DNA of 64,000 nucleotides from Gammaproteobacteria bacterium (lineage in GTDB: Bacteria; Pseudomonadota; Gammaproteobacteria; Eutrophobiales; Eutrophobiaceae), in assembly GCA_965238225.1 (NCBI GenBank), contig OZ250183.1, forward strand, positions 256,001 through 320,000. The letters are read 5' to 3'. Shown here piece by piece: positions 40,983 to 52,245 of the stretch; position 1 is the first letter of the stretch, and every line of letters starts with the position of its first letter. Made by a program: the position numbers and the translations under genes. The notes below the pieces were generated by a model. It did no database searches. It saw nothing but the letters and a program-made list of their open reading frames with translations, and had not been told where the DNA came from.

Positions 40983-42812
40983 ATGATCAAAAAAGTAGAC
41001 TCTGCAAATTTTGCTGACATGAATCTCGGCGTGCCTATTATGAAGGCGATCAAAGATACCGGTTATGAGAGTCCATCACCTATTCAAGCGCAAACCATTC
41101 CCTTGGTGCTAGCCGGCAGAGATTTGATAGGTCAAGCACAAACTGGCACTGGAAAAACAGCCGCGTTTGCATTGCCATTGTTATCGCGTATTGACATTAA
41201 AAAGAAATTGCCACAAATATTAGTGCTAACGCCGACAAGAGAACTGGCGATTCAGGTTGCAGAAGCATTTCAAACCTACGCAAAGCATATCAAAAAATTT
41301 CATGTGTTGCCTATTTATGGCGGTCAGGAATACAGCACACAACTAAGATCTTTAAAACGTGGAGTGCATGTTGTTGTCGGCACACCTGGTCGTGTTATGG
41401 ATCATATGCGTCGTGGCACTTTGAAACTGAATGAGCTGGATTGTATGGTTCTTGATGAAGCTGATGAAATGTTGCGCATGGGTTTTATTGATGATGTTGA
41501 ATGGGTGCTGGAACAATCACCAGATAATAAGCAAATAGCATTATTCTCGGCGACCATGCCAAATGAAATTCGCAAGATTGCGAAAAAATATCTTAACAAC
41601 CCGGAACAAGTCACGATAAAAAATAAAACTGCCACTGTTGAAACTACTCATCAACGTTACTGGTTAGTTAGTGGTGCACACAAGCTTGATGCGCTGACAA
41701 GAATCATGGAATCGGAGAATACAGAAGGCGTTATAATTTTTGTGCGCACACGAATTAGCACAGTAGAATTAACGGAAAAGTTACAGGCGCGTGGTTATGC
41801 TGCTGTGGCTTTGAATGGTGACCTGCAACAGAAACAACGCGAACGTACCATAGCACAACTGAAATCTGGTAAGCTGGATATATTAATCGCTACTGATGTA
41901 GCTGCGCGTGGTTTGGATGTTGAACGTATCAGCCATGTTATTAATTATGATGTTCCGAATGAAACCGAAGCTTATATACATAGAATAGGGCGCACTGGGC
42001 GTGCAGGGAGAACAGGGGAGGCGATTTTATTTATCACTCCTAGAGAAAAACACTGGTTACATAGAATAGAAAAGGCGACTAAACAAAAAATTGAAATGAT
42101 GGAATTACCATCAACAGACAAGATTAATAATAAACGTGTTGCCCGTTTTAAACAAAATATTACTGATGTGCTTGCCAGAGAAGGATTAGATTTTTATCAA
42201 GGTCTGGTAGAAGAATATCAGCAGGAACATAATATTCCAGCAACAGAAATAGCAGCAGCCTTAGCAAAACTGGTACAAGGGAAAGAGCCTTTGCTTTTAA
42301 AGCCAATCACAGAAAATAGGAAAGCGCAAAAAAGACGAGATGGCAGAGACAAGGATAAATCAAGAGACCGCGCCCTATCAAAAGGCAATAATTTCAGAGA
42401 AAGCAAAAAGTTTCCGAAAAGAGAAAGGCAGCAAAGAGTGTCTGAGGTAGGCATGGAAACCTATCGCATAGAAGTGGGACATGATCATGAAGTACAGCCA
42501 GGCAATATTGTCGGTGCAATTGCAAACGAAGCTGGCTTAGACAGCAGAAACATCGGGCGCATTGATATTCATGATAGCTATAGTCTGGTCGATCTCCCAG
42601 AAGAGATGCCGAAGGAAGTTTTTGTAGATCTCAAAAAAACTTGGGTCTCAGGTCAGAAATTAAACATTACACGCGCAAAAGAAACATCTGACAAACCCAG
42701 AAAACCTCGTACGAAATTAAAGGATAAGGCGAAGTCAAAGCACAAGAATAAACCGAAAAACAAGCCCAAGCCTAAACTCAAAAAAAGCTTAGGCATCTTT
42801 AAGAGTATATAA
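40983..42812 (+). CDS. deaD: DEAD-box RNA helicase DeaD/CsdA
   Basis: AQTGTGKT, PTRELA, DEAD, SAT, HRIGRTGRAG, DbpA domain (PGNIVGAIANE), basic tail. Confidence 0.96.
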   Translation: MIKKVDSANFADMNLGVPIMKAIKDTGYESPSPIQAQTIPLVLAGRDLIGQAQTGTGKTAAFALPLLSRIDIKKKLPQILVLTPTRELAIQVAEAFQTYAKHIKKFHVLPIYGGQEYSTQLRSLKRGVHVVVGTPGRVMDHMRRGTLKLNELDCMVLDEADEMLRMGFIDDVEWVLEQSPDNKQIALFSATMPNEIRKIAKKYLNNPEQVTIKNKTATVETTHQRYWLVSGAHKLDALTRIMESENTEGVIIFVRTRISTVELTEKLQARGYAAVALNGDLQQKQRERTIAQLKSGKLDILIATDVAARGLDVERISHVINYDVPNETEAYIHRIGRTGRAGRTGEAILFITPREKHWLHRIEKATKQKIEMMELPSTDKINNKRVARFKQNITDVLAREGLDFYQGLVEEYQQEHNIPATEIAAALAKLVQGKEPLLLKPITENRKAQKRRDGRDKDKSRDRALSKGNNFRESKKFPKRERQQRVSEVGMETYRIEVGHDHEVQPGNIVGAIANEAGLDSRNIGRIDIHDSYSLVDLPEEMPKEVFVDLKKTWVSGQKLNITRAKETSDKPRKPRTKLKDKAKSKHKNKPKNKPKPKLKKSLGIFKSI

Positions 42813-42931
42813 TAAACGGTCATTTATGGGATCATCTTCTCAGGCTCGTGTCATTTGACCATAAAGAGTATGTGATGCTATTTAATTGAGCGCATTGAGT
42901 TAATATTTCCAAGGTACGTTGGTTTAAACGT

Positions 42932-43597
42932 TTATTTGTAATATGTAGGATCCGGGATCCCGGCGCGCTCAAACCCTTCTTTTCTAAATCGGCAGGAGTC
43001 ACAAACACCACATGCCGCTCCATCCTCTTTTGCCTGATAGCAGGATATGGTTAAGCCATAGTCAATTTTTAGCTTGTGTCCTCGCTGAATAATTTCAGCC
43101 TTGCTGAGATCAATTAGTGGGGTATGTATTGTTAGTTTTGTGCCACAAACACCAGTTTTCGTTGCCAGATTTGCCATGCGCTCAAAGGCTCGAATATATT
43201 CTTGGCGACAATCTGGATAACCAGAATAATCAACGGCATTAACACCGATAAAAATATTATTGATATCCAATATCTCTGCCCACGCCAGTGCATATGAAAG
43301 AAAAATGCTATTTCTTGCTGGTACATAAGTTATCGGGATGCCGTCTGTTGGTGACTCAGGAACATCGATATTATCATCTGTTAGTGCAGAGCCACCAATC
43401 TGGGTCAGATCAAGAGCAATAGTTTTCTGCTCAACGACGTTAAATGTATTTGCAATTTTTGTGACGGCGGCGAGTTCTGCTTTGTGTCTCTGACCATAAT
43501 TAAAACTTAAGACATAACATTCATAACCTTGATCCTTTGCCATGGCCAATGTTGTGGCAGAATCAAGCCCACCGGATAGAAGAATAACTGCTTTCAT
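42932..43597 (-). CDS. queC: 7-cyano-7-deazaguanine synthase
   Basis: SGGLDS, YVPARN, YPDCR, CY...CG.CDSC. Confidence 0.97.
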   Translation of the reverse strand: MKAVILLSGGLDSATTLAMAKDQGYECYVLSFNYGQRHKAELAAVTKIANTFNVVEQKTIALDLTQIGGSALTDDNIDVPESPTDGIPITYVPARNSIFLSYALAWAEILDINNIFIGVNAVDYSGYPDCRQEYIRAFERMANLATKTGVCGTKLTIHTPLIDLSKAEIIQRGHKLKIDYGLTISCYQAKEDGAACGVCDSCRFRKEGFERAGIPDPTYYK

Positions 43598-43646
43598 TAG
43601 TTTATTTATCTAGAATCATTATATCTGTATGTTGTTTTCCAAGACG

Positions 43647-44327
43647 CTATTTTCCTGGAATATTGCCCCAAAGATATTTATGTAATTGTATTTGTAATCT
43701 GACTGGTAATTGATCTTCCAATATCCAATCGGCTAGTTGTGCGCTTTGAATTTCGCCATGACTAACGGAAAACAAGATCTCACATCGTTCACATAGATTA
43801 TATTCACATAATTTTTCTTTTGACCATTCATAATCTTCACGATTACAAATAACAAATTTAACTTGATCATTGTTTGTCAGATGACGCATATTTTCATATA
43901 GATTTTCATCGACTTCACCAGAAGCAGGTGTTTTTAGATCGACAATCCTGGCAACACGACTGTCAATATTTTGAATGTCTAGCGCGCCGCTGGTTTCCAA
44001 TGAAACATCATATCCAGCATCACAAAGCATCTCCATCAGAGCCTTGCAATTTTTTTGTGCTAGAGGTTCTCCGCCTGTTACAGTGATTTGTTTAGTCTTA
44101 TAACCAGAAATTTCTTTCATGATTTCAGCAAATGTCATTTTGTCGCCATCATGGAAGGCATATTCTGTATCGCAATAAACGCAGCGCAGCGGACAACCAG
44201 TTAAGCGTATAAAAATAGTAGGCAATCCTGTCCTGACAGATTCCCCTTGGATCGAGAAAAATATTTCGTTGATCTTTAATGCTAAATTATTGTTTTGGTC
44301 ATTGTTTGATGAGGCTTGTGGCATCAT
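43647..44327 (-). CDS. queE: 7-carboxy-7-deazaguanine synthase
   Basis: SIQGE, RLTGCPLRCVYCDT, TGGEP, QLHK. Confidence 0.96.
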   Translation of the reverse strand: MMPQASSNNDQNNNLALKINEIFFSIQGESVRTGLPTIFIRLTGCPLRCVYCDTEYAFHDGDKMTFAEIMKEISGYKTKQITVTGGEPLAQKNCKALMEMLCDAGYDVSLETSGALDIQNIDSRVARIVDLKTPASGEVDENLYENMRHLTNNDQVKFVICNREDYEWSKEKLCEYNLCERCEILFSVSHGEIQSAQLADWILEDQLPVRLQIQLHKYLWGNIPGK

Positions 44328-44409
44328 TAGATAGATAATTGTGGTGACCTGAAAGTTATTTCAGGGTTCATTGAATAAATCTACAAATAAAAAATGAATA
44401 TTGGTTATT

Positions 44410-45438
44410 TTATGGATCGTTGATATTTCTTAAACGATGATTCGCTAGACGAGATGCGGTTGTATTAGGGAAGCGTTGTCTTAAATCATTGTACCAGAGC
44501 TTGGCTTCGGAGATTTTATTTAGCGCCTGATAACTATAACCAATCTTTAACAAACTGTGAGAGACTTTTTCACTTTCTGGATAATTGCTAAGGAGATTAT
44601 TGTATTCTCTGATCGCATCTTCGTACAAGTGTTTCACATATAATGCTTCTGCTATCCAGTATTGTGCGTTATCTAAATATTGACTATTCGTATATGTTTG
44701 CAAAAATATTCTGAAAACTTTGATAGCTTGGTCATACCGAGATTGTTTCAGTAATTTAAACGCCTTGTCGTATTGGTATTTTGCTTGTGCCTGAACATCA
44801 TCAGCTTCTGTATTTTTTTTTGGCTTTGTGCGTTGGCTTCTCAACGCCTGCAGTTGAATTCTACGCTGAGAGTCAATTAACTCTTTTTTCTTTTCATCAA
44901 GCTCAGCAATTAACCTGCTATATTCATCAATTTTATTGGTATATTGGTCAGGGTCAACAATATCTTCATCTGCCTCAGTCTCCATTTGGTTTTGAGGCGG
45001 CATGATTATGTCCATCGGATCCAATGTTTCCAGCGGAGGATCATCGTCTTCTATTTTTTCGTTTGGCAACTGTTTGGTTATATTCGTACCTTCAATTGAT
45101 TCTAAGCGGCGGGAAATATTCGTATATAAATCACGCTGTCTGTTTTCAATGGTGTACTTGTTCTCTTCAACAACACCACGCAGTTTGGCGACTTCACCCT
45201 GTAGAGATTCTATCTGTTGTAACATATCCAATAAGGCACTGCTTTGTAATAAACGCTCTATGTTAGCCAAGCGTTTTTTCATCTCTGGCGATATTGGTGT
45301 TGTAACTGGAGCTTCGGTCTCAGCAGACACCGTAGTGCAAAAAAAAGCTCCAGAAAATAAAATACCTACACTTATTAATCCCTTAAATATATATGAGCGC
45401 CCTGACACGGAGGTGCTGTTATACTTGGTAAAGCACAT
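44410..45438 (-). CDS. cpoB: Tol-Pal system protein CpoB/YbgF
   Basis: Coiled coil (LRG..E, QRDLY) plus TPR (NAQYW.AE, LLKIG); downstream of pal. Confidence 0.9.
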   Translation of the reverse strand: MCFTKYNSTSVSGRSYIFKGLISVGILFSGAFFCTTVSAETEAPVTTPISPEMKKRLANIERLLQSSALLDMLQQIESLQGEVAKLRGVVEENKYTIENRQRDLYTNISRRLESIEGTNITKQLPNEKIEDDDPPLETLDPMDIIMPPQNQMETEADEDIVDPDQYTNKIDEYSRLIAELDEKKKELIDSQRRIQLQALRSQRTKPKKNTEADDVQAQAKYQYDKAFKLLKQSRYDQAIKVFRIFLQTYTNSQYLDNAQYWIAEALYVKHLYEDAIREYNNLLSNYPESEKVSHSLLKIGYSYQALNKISEAKLWYNDLRQRFPNTTASRLANHRLRNINDP

Positions 45439-45479
45439 TGTTAAGCAATACCTATTTTAAGCAATACATATAGAACGCC

Positions 45480-46022
45480 TTAATAAATAATTTGTACGCG
45501 CCTGTTTTGACTCCATGAATGCTCATCATGATTGTCTATTACTGGTTTTTCTTCGCCATAACTGACTGTATATATCTGGTTAGACGGTACGCCCAGTAAA
45601 GTCAGTTGGCGTTTTACAGTTTGTGCGCGTTTTTCACCCAAAGCCAGATTGTATTCACGTGATCCGCGTTCATCTGCATGACCTTCTAATGTGACGGCGG
45701 TATTTAGATTTGTGACAAGATAAGTAGCATGAGCTTCAATTGTAGTGCGATTCTCTGGTTCAATATCGCTTTTATCATAATCAAAATAAATAATTTTGTT
45801 TATTGGCTGGCTGGCTGGCTGGTTTAGTGAACTTATACCAGAGCGTTCAGCATCTTCAGTCCCGTAGGTTTGAATTTTTGAGTTACCACTTTGGTTTGCT
45901 CCTTGACTCCCAGTAGCAACACCACGATCTTCAATAGCAACACCATCCTTTTTTGATGCATATCCACAAGCAGATAGAAAAGCTGCGAATGTTAAAATTA
46001 TCATTAGGTTTTTGTTCACCAT
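45480..46022 (-). CDS. pal: Peptidoglycan-associated lipoprotein
   Basis: Lipobox LSAC, YFDYD, GHADERG.REYN.ALG..RA, SYGEE, NRR. Confidence 0.96.
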   Translation of the reverse strand: MVNKNLMIILTFAAFLSACGYASKKDGVAIEDRGVATGSQGANQSGNSKIQTYGTEDAERSGISSLNQPASQPINKIIYFDYDKSDIEPENRTTIEAHATYLVTNLNTAVTLEGHADERGSREYNLALGEKRAQTVKRQLTLLGVPSNQIYTVSYGEEKPVIDNHDEHSWSQNRRVQIIY

Positions 46023-46147
46023 TTTTCTCCTGTAAGCACTAGATGAATATTGGAACATGGTAACATAAATTTATGTCATCTCTTGATTATCGTCCCATAA
46101 AGTTATTCTCCAAGTTAAGAGTGTTTAGGGTTCATCATCTTAAAATT

Positions 46148-47455
46148 TTATTTTCTGGATAAAAAAGGTCCCCATGCGGGCTCTAGAACCACCCCATTTT
46201 GCAGCTCCAAGCGTTGGTGAATTTGTCCATCTGCTGAGACAGTGGCAAGGGATGTGCCGCGAAAACTAGTTTTGGCATAGATAATAATATGGTCATTGGG
46301 TGCAAAACTGGGAGATTCATCCAGCCGCGCCTTGGTTAATATGTCGAAATAACCGTTATGTAAATCAAGGATGGCAATTCGGTAGACTCCTTTTTCGCCT
46401 GTTACCATGGTCAGGAATTTATCATCAGAGGAGTAGCGCGCCCTAGCATTGTAATCGCCCTCAAATGTGAGGCGTCTTGCCACTCTATCACCAAATAAGT
46501 TAACTTCATAAATTTGTGGACTGCCACCACGGTCAGAAGTAAATGTCAGTTTTTGCCCATCACTAGACCAGTCAGGTTCAGTATCAATCGCCTGATTTTG
46601 TGTGACTCGTTGCAAAGATTTTGAAGCAAGATGCATGATATAAATTTCAGTATTTCCATCTTTAGACAAAGTCATAGCCAAATTTTTCCCGTCTGGTGAC
46701 CAGGCAGGCGCGCTATTAATACCTGTATTTGCCGCGACCTTATCACGCTTTCCGGTTTTTATATCTTGCACAAAGATGGCAGAGTTTTTATCTTCAAAAG
46801 AAACATAAGCTAAGCGTTTTCCATCAGGTGACCAGCTTGGGGACAGCAAAGGTTCTGGTGACTCAAGCAAGACTTGAGGATTATGACCATCAGCATCAGC
46901 AATCTGCAAGACATAGGCCTTTTTACCATCGCGTTTTTTATTGATAGCAATATATGCAATACGAGTTGCGAATGCGCCACGAACGCCGATTATTTTTTCA
47001 TAAATGATATCACTGATTTCATGTGCAGCAGTTCTTAATTGGTTTTTTGTCGAAGGCAATCTAAATCCGGCGATCTGTTTTTCTTTGTAGACATCAACTA
47101 AGCGGAACTCGATTTTATAATCTCCCGTGTTGGTTTCAATGAGCTTACCAATGACAAGATTTTCCATGCCCAATAAACGCCAGTCTTTAAAATTTATATT
47201 TTGAAACTCAGTTGGGTATTGTGGTAAGTCTTTAAAGTCCATTATCTCAAAGCGCGCGCTGCGCTTAAGATCCTCTGCAATTATTTCTGACAGATCATCA
47301 GGTGGCATTGTTGCTTGCGACCAGGCAAAGGGAACGATAGCAACAGGGATTGGATTTTCCACACCTTGTTCAATGGTGATCTCAAGAGCCATTACATCGC
47401 TTAACATCAACGCTACGCATGTAAAAAATATTATTCTAATGCTTTTTGGTTTCAT
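46148..47455 (-). CDS. tolB: Tol-Pal beta-propeller protein TolB
   Basis: IAIVPF, F.TRIAY, repeated P.WSPDG. Confidence 0.96.
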   Translation of the reverse strand: MKPKSIRIIFFTCVALMLSDVMALEITIEQGVENPIPVAIVPFAWSQATMPPDDLSEIIAEDLKRSARFEIMDFKDLPQYPTEFQNINFKDWRLLGMENLVIGKLIETNTGDYKIEFRLVDVYKEKQIAGFRLPSTKNQLRTAAHEISDIIYEKIIGVRGAFATRIAYIAINKKRDGKKAYVLQIADADGHNPQVLLESPEPLLSPSWSPDGKRLAYVSFEDKNSAIFVQDIKTGKRDKVAANTGINSAPAWSPDGKNLAMTLSKDGNTEIYIMHLASKSLQRVTQNQAIDTEPDWSSDGQKLTFTSDRGGSPQIYEVNLFGDRVARRLTFEGDYNARARYSSDDKFLTMVTGEKGVYRIAILDLHNGYFDILTKARLDESPSFAPNDHIIIYAKTSFRGTSLATVSADGQIHQRLELQNGVVLEPAWGPFLSRK

Positions 47456-47478
47456 TTTTATATTCGTTATTAAAAATT

Positions 47479-48297
47479 TTAGTTCTCTGGTTTGAAGTTC
47501 ATCTTAATTTTTCGAAAACCAAGTTTTTCAAATGTTGTTACATCATCAGGCACAGGCAGTGGTGATGCTTTTTGTGCTGCGGTTACAGCACGTCTGTCAA
47601 AAATATCATCACCACTTGATCTTGCAATGTTAACATTTATGATTTCACCACCGGGTACTAAATATATAAGTAATTTGCATTGTAAACCAGAGGGTAAGCC
47701 TGTCGTATTAAAATTATCTGTGATTTTTCTTTTAATCTTTCTCACTATACTGTTTGTTAAAATCTGCTCTCTTTTAGCCTGTTCAGCTTCTTCTTTTTCT
47801 AGTGCATCAGCAAGTTCTTCTTCACGACGTTTTTTCTCAGCCGCATCTTTCTTTTTTTGTTTTGCTTCTTTTATTTTTTTCTCTTCTAACTTACGTTTTT
47901 CTTCAAGTTCTTTTTTTTCTTTTTCCAGTTTTTTAATTTGTGCTTTTTCTCTTTTAAGTTTTTTTTGTTCCAGTTCTTTTAGTTTTTTTGTATCTGCAAG
48001 TTTTTTCTCTTCTGCCTTAAGTTTTTTTTCTAGATTTCTAGTTTTTTTATTAAGGTCATCCAGACGTTTTTTTTCTTTTTTACGTTTATCTTTTTCAATT
48101 TTTTCAATTTTTGCCAATTCAATTTCAATTTTCTTTTTATCAACAGCAAAAGCCTTGACAGTATCTTCATTTTTCCGCGCTTGATTTTTTGGTTTTGGCG
48201 AGGAATCAAAACTGAGAATTAACAATGCGCCAATAACGATATGCAATATTAAAGACAATACGCTTGATTTGAGTGTCGTAAACCAACCAATTCTCAT
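47479..48297 (-). CDS. tolA: TolA
   Basis: S..LH TM motif, Lys/Glu-rich helix, C-terminal SSG...FD..A..A. Confidence 0.9.
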   Translation of the reverse strand: MRIGWFTTLKSSVLSLILHIVIGALLILSFDSSPKPKNQARKNEDTVKAFAVDKKKIEIELAKIEKIEKDKRKKEKKRLDDLNKKTRNLEKKLKAEEKKLADTKKLKELEQKKLKREKAQIKKLEKEKKELEEKRKLEEKKIKEAKQKKKDAAEKKRREEELADALEKEEAEQAKREQILTNSIVRKIKRKITDNFNTTGLPSGLQCKLLIYLVPGGEIINVNIARSSGDDIFDRRAVTAAQKASPLPVPDDVTTFEKLGFRKIKMNFKPEN

Positions 48298-48303
48298 TAG
48301 GCA

Positions 48304-48729
48304 TCATTTCTCGAGTGATTCAGTAATTATACCGACACTAGGCACACCAGAACTTTGCAATAAAGCCATTAAACCAACCACGCGACCATAACGGACATTT
48401 TTATCACCACCTACTACCACCGGAATGCCGGGATGATATTTTAATAAGGCATTAACACGATGGGCTAAATCTTGAGCGCTAATAGGTTTATCTGGATTCT
48501 CGCCGTAATTAATAAAAAAATTTCCTTCAGCGTCAACATTAATGAGCACGGGTGCTTTATTTTGTTCTGTCTGTAATGGTTCCGATGGAACCTGTGGCAA
48601 ATCGATTTTTACACCTTGACTGAGCAAGGGAGTGGTGATCATAAATATCACCAGCAACACAAGCATTACATCAATATAAGGAACCACATTGATGTCACTT
48701 ATAGGACGTTTGCGTACGCGCTGTTTCAT
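48304..48729 (-). CDS. tolR: TolR
   Basis: INVVPYIDVMLVLL.IFM.T.P. Confidence 0.96.
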   Translation of the reverse strand: MKQRVRKRPISDINVVPYIDVMLVLLVIFMITTPLLSQGVKIDLPQVPSEPLQTEQNKAPVLINVDAEGNFFINYGENPDKPISAQDLAHRVNALLKYHPGIPVVVGGDKNVRYGRVVGLMALLQSSGVPSVGIITESLEK

Positions 48730-48757
48730 ATGTTATTCGTTGTCTAGGTTTTGGGTT

Positions 48758-49438
48758 TCATGAGTGTGCATGTCGATGAAGAATAGAAGAAAATTCATCC
48801 ATGAAAATATCGTATCGACTGATCAATCTTTCAATATCGTTTGTATAACGGTTGTAGGCAATCACCGCTGGTATCGCAGCGAACAAACCCATAGCTGTTG
48901 CGATCAAGGCTTCGGCAATTCCTGGCGCAACTAATGATATGGAGGCTTGTTGGACATTTCCCAAGGCACGAAAGCTGTTCATGATGCCCCACACCGTGCC
49001 AAATAAACCGATATAAGGGCTGGTTGACCCAACGGTTGCCAGAAATGAAAGATTGGTTTCAAGGATATCAATTTCTTTATTCATGGCGATACGCATGGCA
49101 CGTTGCGCACCTTCAATGATGGCATCTGCCCGTGTATTTTCTTGCTTACGTAAGCGCGCGAATTCTTTGAAACCAGATTCAAATATCTTTTCCATTCCCG
49201 TTGGTTTTATTTTCTTACTGGATACTTGGTTATAAAGCGGTGAAAGATCTTCCAGAGACCAAAACTGATCTTCAAAGACATTGGCTGCTTTTATTGCGTT
49301 GTTTAACATGACATGTTTATTAAAGATCATCGTCCATGAGATAAGCGAAATAATGACTAATGACAGTATTACCAGTTGAACCAGCAAGCTGGCGTTAATA
49401 ATTAACTGCAAAAAGCTAAGATCAGTTTCTGGCGACAT
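48758..49438 (-). CDS. tolQ: TolQ
   Basis: SPYIGLFGTVWGIM, APGIAEALIATA.GL. Confidence 0.97.
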   Translation of the reverse strand: MSPETDLSFLQLIINASLLVQLVILSLVIISLISWTMIFNKHVMLNNAIKAANVFEDQFWSLEDLSPLYNQVSSKKIKPTGMEKIFESGFKEFARLRKQENTRADAIIEGAQRAMRIAMNKEIDILETNLSFLATVGSTSPYIGLFGTVWGIMNSFRALGNVQQASISLVAPGIAEALIATAMGLFAAIPAVIAYNRYTNDIERLISRYDIFMDEFSSILHRHAHS

Positions 49439-49857
49439 TAGTTTAGCTCCGATATAATTGTTTCAGGGATGGGTTCGGGTTTCATCGTTTTGCAGTTGAT
49501 ACAGGCAATTTTGATCTCTGCCTTGCAGACGATTTCTTCAGATTGGTTAGAAATAATTTGCTCAAAAATTAGACTGGCTTTGCGTTTTAAGATGATGTGT
49601 GTTTTGACATTAAGCAGATCGTTAAAAAGTGCTGGTTTACGATAGTCAATATTTATTTTACATACGGCAAATAAAATTTCATCTTGTTCAATCAGTGTGT
49701 GTTGTTCAAAACCAATATGACGCAGCCATTCTGTGCGAGCACGCTCCATAAAGTTGAGATAATTACTATGATAGACAACGCCGCCCGCATCTGTGTCTTC
49801 GTAATAGACGCGTATCTGTAGATTAGTTTCATTTTTTATGAGTTTACTTTTCATCAA
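49438..49857 (-). CDS. ybgC: Tol-Pal-associated acyl-CoA thioesterase
   Basis: [24 protein letters not shown]. Confidence 0.95.
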   Translation of the reverse strand: MMKSKLIKNETNLQIRVYYEDTDAGGVVYHSNYLNFMERARTEWLRHIGFEQHTLIEQDEILFAVCKINIDYRKPALFNDLLNVKTHIILKRKASLIFEQIISNQSEEIVCKAEIKIACINCKTMKPEPIPETIISELN

Positions 49858-50902
49858 AAAGATCCATATCTGATTTGTTTGTCTGTGATTCGATCATTTT
49901 AGGTGCATCCAGACCAAAATGTAGATAAGCCATTTTTGTTGCGGTACGTCCTTTTGCTGTTCGCATTAAGAAGCCTTGTTGGATAAGGAAAGGTTCAAGC
50001 ACATCCTCTATGGTATCGCGCTCTTCACAGATGGCCGCAGCAAGGTTGTTAAGTCCCACAGGGCCGCCATCAAACTTCTGGATGATGGTCAGTAATAATT
50101 TACGATCCATCATGTCAAAACCATGAATATCGACATTCAACATATCTAATGCCTTGTTTGATAATTCCGCAACGATCTTACCATCAGCTTTTATTTCGAC
50201 GTAATCACGGACACGTCTCAATAAACGGTTAGCAATACGGGGCGTGCCCCTTGAACGTATTGCAATTTCTTTGGCACCGGAGTCGTCGATGTTGACCTCG
50301 AGAATTTTGGCGGAACGTTTGACGATACTGGATAATTCGTTGGTGCTATAGAATTCGAGTCGCTGCACGATGCCGAAACGATCTCTTAAGGGAGAAGTTA
50401 ATAAGCCAGCGCGAGTTGTTGCGCCGACTAGAGTAAAAGGCGGCACATCCAGTTTGATCGCACGGGCAGCAGGACCCTCGCCAATCATAATGTCGATTTG
50501 ATAATCTTCCATAGCAGGATACAGAACTTCCTCGACCACTGGGCTTAAGCGATGGATTTCGTCAATGAAGAGCACGTCGTTAGGTTCAAGATTGGTCAAT
50601 AGCGCAGCCAGATCGCCTTGTCGCTCCAGTACCGGGCCTGCGGTTTGGCGCATGTTAACGCCCATTTCATTGGCGATGATATGCGCCAGTGTAGTTTTCC
50701 CAAGACCGGGCGGGCCGAAGATTAATACGTGATCTAGAGATTCATTACGTTTCTTTGCTGCACCGATGAAAATCTCCATTTGTTCATGGATAGATTGTTG
50801 GCCAAGATAATCTACGAGCCGTTTGGGACGCAAGGTATTGTCTGCTGTAATATCCTCAGCAGTGCTGACAGGCGTGATGTTTGGGTTGGGTTCGGCGGTC
50901 AT
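49844..50902 (-). CDS. ruvB: Holliday junction helicase RuvB
   Basis: [26 protein letters not shown]. Confidence 0.98.
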   Translation of the reverse strand: MTAEPNPNITPVSTAEDITADNTLRPKRLVDYLGQQSIHEQMEIFIGAAKKRNESLDHVLIFGPPGLGKTTLAHIIANEMGVNMRQTAGPVLERQGDLAALLTNLEPNDVLFIDEIHRLSPVVEEVLYPAMEDYQIDIMIGEGPAARAIKLDVPPFTLVGATTRAGLLTSPLRDRFGIVQRLEFYSTNELSSIVKRSAKILEVNIDDSGAKEIAIRSRGTPRIANRLLRRVRDYVEIKADGKIVAELSNKALDMLNVDIHGFDMMDRKLLLTIIQKFDGGPVGLNNLAAAICEERDTIEDVLEPFLIQQGFLMRTAKGRTATKMAYLHFGLDAPKMIESQTNKSDMDLFDEK

Positions 50903-51507
50903 TATTTTTTTATGGATGTCTTGAGCGCTGCGCGAATAATCTCTTCGCTGCTCATGTCATCTGTGGCGACGGCAAGGACGAAACGACTGGCTTCCTGAGG
51001 TTTATAACCCAGTCCAATTAAGGCACCGATAGCATCATCGGAATGGTTGCTGCGTTGTTTCGCTGCGTTGTTTGGGTCATAATCGATAGCAGATGTTAAT
51101 TTCCAATCTTTCAGGCGGTCACGCATCTCTATAATAAGTCTTTCAGCCGTTTTTTTGCCAACACCGGGCAGTCTGACCAGATTGCTGGTATCACCATCAC
51201 GGATGCATTGCGCAAAGACATCGGTTTCCATACCCGAAAGTATGGTCAACGCCATTTTTGCGCCGACACCATTCACTTTAATTAAGGTGCGAAACATAGT
51301 GCGCTCTTCTTCTGTGGCAAAGCCAAATAACAGATGGGCATCATCCCGTATCGCCAAATGGGTGAGCAAGGTGACTTCTGCACCTGTATCAGACAATCTA
51401 TAAAAGGTTGTCATCGGCGCTTCGAGTTCGTAAGCAACGCCTTGCACATCAACCATCATATACGGCGGTTGTTTGCGGATTAATATGCCACGTATTTGAC
51501 CTATCAT
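50902..51507 (-). CDS. ruvA: Holliday junction branch migration protein RuvA
   Basis: MIG..RG, GV.Y, HhH motifs GVGAK and [10 protein letters not shown]. Confidence 0.97.
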   Translation of the reverse strand: MIGQIRGILIRKQPPYMMVDVQGVAYELEAPMTTFYRLSDTGAEVTLLTHLAIRDDAHLLFGFATEEERTMFRTLIKVNGVGAKMALTILSGMETDVFAQCIRDGDTSNLVRLPGVGKKTAERLIIEMRDRLKDWKLTSAIDYDPNNAAKQRSNHSDDAIGALIGLGYKPQEASRFVLAVATDDMSSEEIIRAALKTSIKK

Positions 51508-51537
51508 AGTGTTTTCCTGATCATAGTACGGAGCACC

Positions 51538-52050
51538 TTATGGGCTGCCCGTGACATCGTGCATGCCTTCAATGCGCATTAAGGTTTCTCTGGAATGGGC
51601 ATGACATAGTGCTATTGCCAGTGCATCTGCCGCATCCTCTTGGAGATCTTCCTGTAGGCATAGCAAAATCTTTACCATATGCTGCACCTGATTTTTCCCA
51701 GCATGACCCTTGCCCACCGTGGCTTGTTTCACTTGATTGGCGGTATATTCAAAAATTTCGAGCTGTCTTTTGGCGCAAGCAGCAATAGCGACACCTCTGG
51801 CCTGTCCAAGTTTTAAAGCGGAATCTGCATTTTTGTACATAAATACCTTCTCAATAGAGACTTCTTCAGGTTGATAGTCGCTAATGGCATCATCGATCTC
51901 AGTGAAGATTTGGTACAATTTTTCTGACAGTGTTGCACCTTTGACCTGAATGCAACCATTGCCTATGTGGCTCGTATGATTGCCTTTAATATCAATGACA
52001 CCGAAACCGGTGAAACGAGAGCCTGGGTCGATGCCAAGTATTCGAGTCAT
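51538..52050 (-). CDS. ruvC: Crossover junction endodeoxyribonuclease RuvC
   Basis: ILGIDPG, LGQARG, DAADALAIA. Confidence 0.97.
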   Translation of the reverse strand: MTRILGIDPGSRFTGFGVIDIKGNHTSHIGNGCIQVKGATLSEKLYQIFTEIDDAISDYQPEEVSIEKVFMYKNADSALKLGQARGVAIAACAKRQLEIFEYTANQVKQATVGKGHAGKNQVQHMVKILLCLQEDLQEDAADALAIALCHAHSRETLMRIEGMHDVTGSP

Positions 52051-52245
52051 TAGATTATTTAAGCCTTAGTGCTGTTACGCTCTATTGCTTACACCTGTGC
52101 AGGTTATACACTCGTCTATTGTTCGTTAAAAATATTTGCTCAATACTCATATGTTGCTTATATATTTTGTCTGATCGATCATTTTTGATTTCTACAGTTA
52201 TCATTCGTGATGTTGCATATATCAACGAACACGAAGAAGGCATGG

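Noticed and set aside
44345-44370. Hairpin CCTGAAA-GTTA-TTTCAGG upstream of queE, considered as a preQ1 riboswitch
   Set aside because: No match to the preQ1 loop or A-rich tail consensus; more likely a simple intercistronic hairpin.
47492-48184. 230-aa plus-strand ORF rich in Phe/Ser
   Set aside because: Antisense shadow of the Lys/Glu-rich tolA helix.
52080-52245. Short minus-strand ORF (about 53 aa) between yebC and ruvC
   Set aside because: No recognisable motif or RBS; AT-rich spacer.
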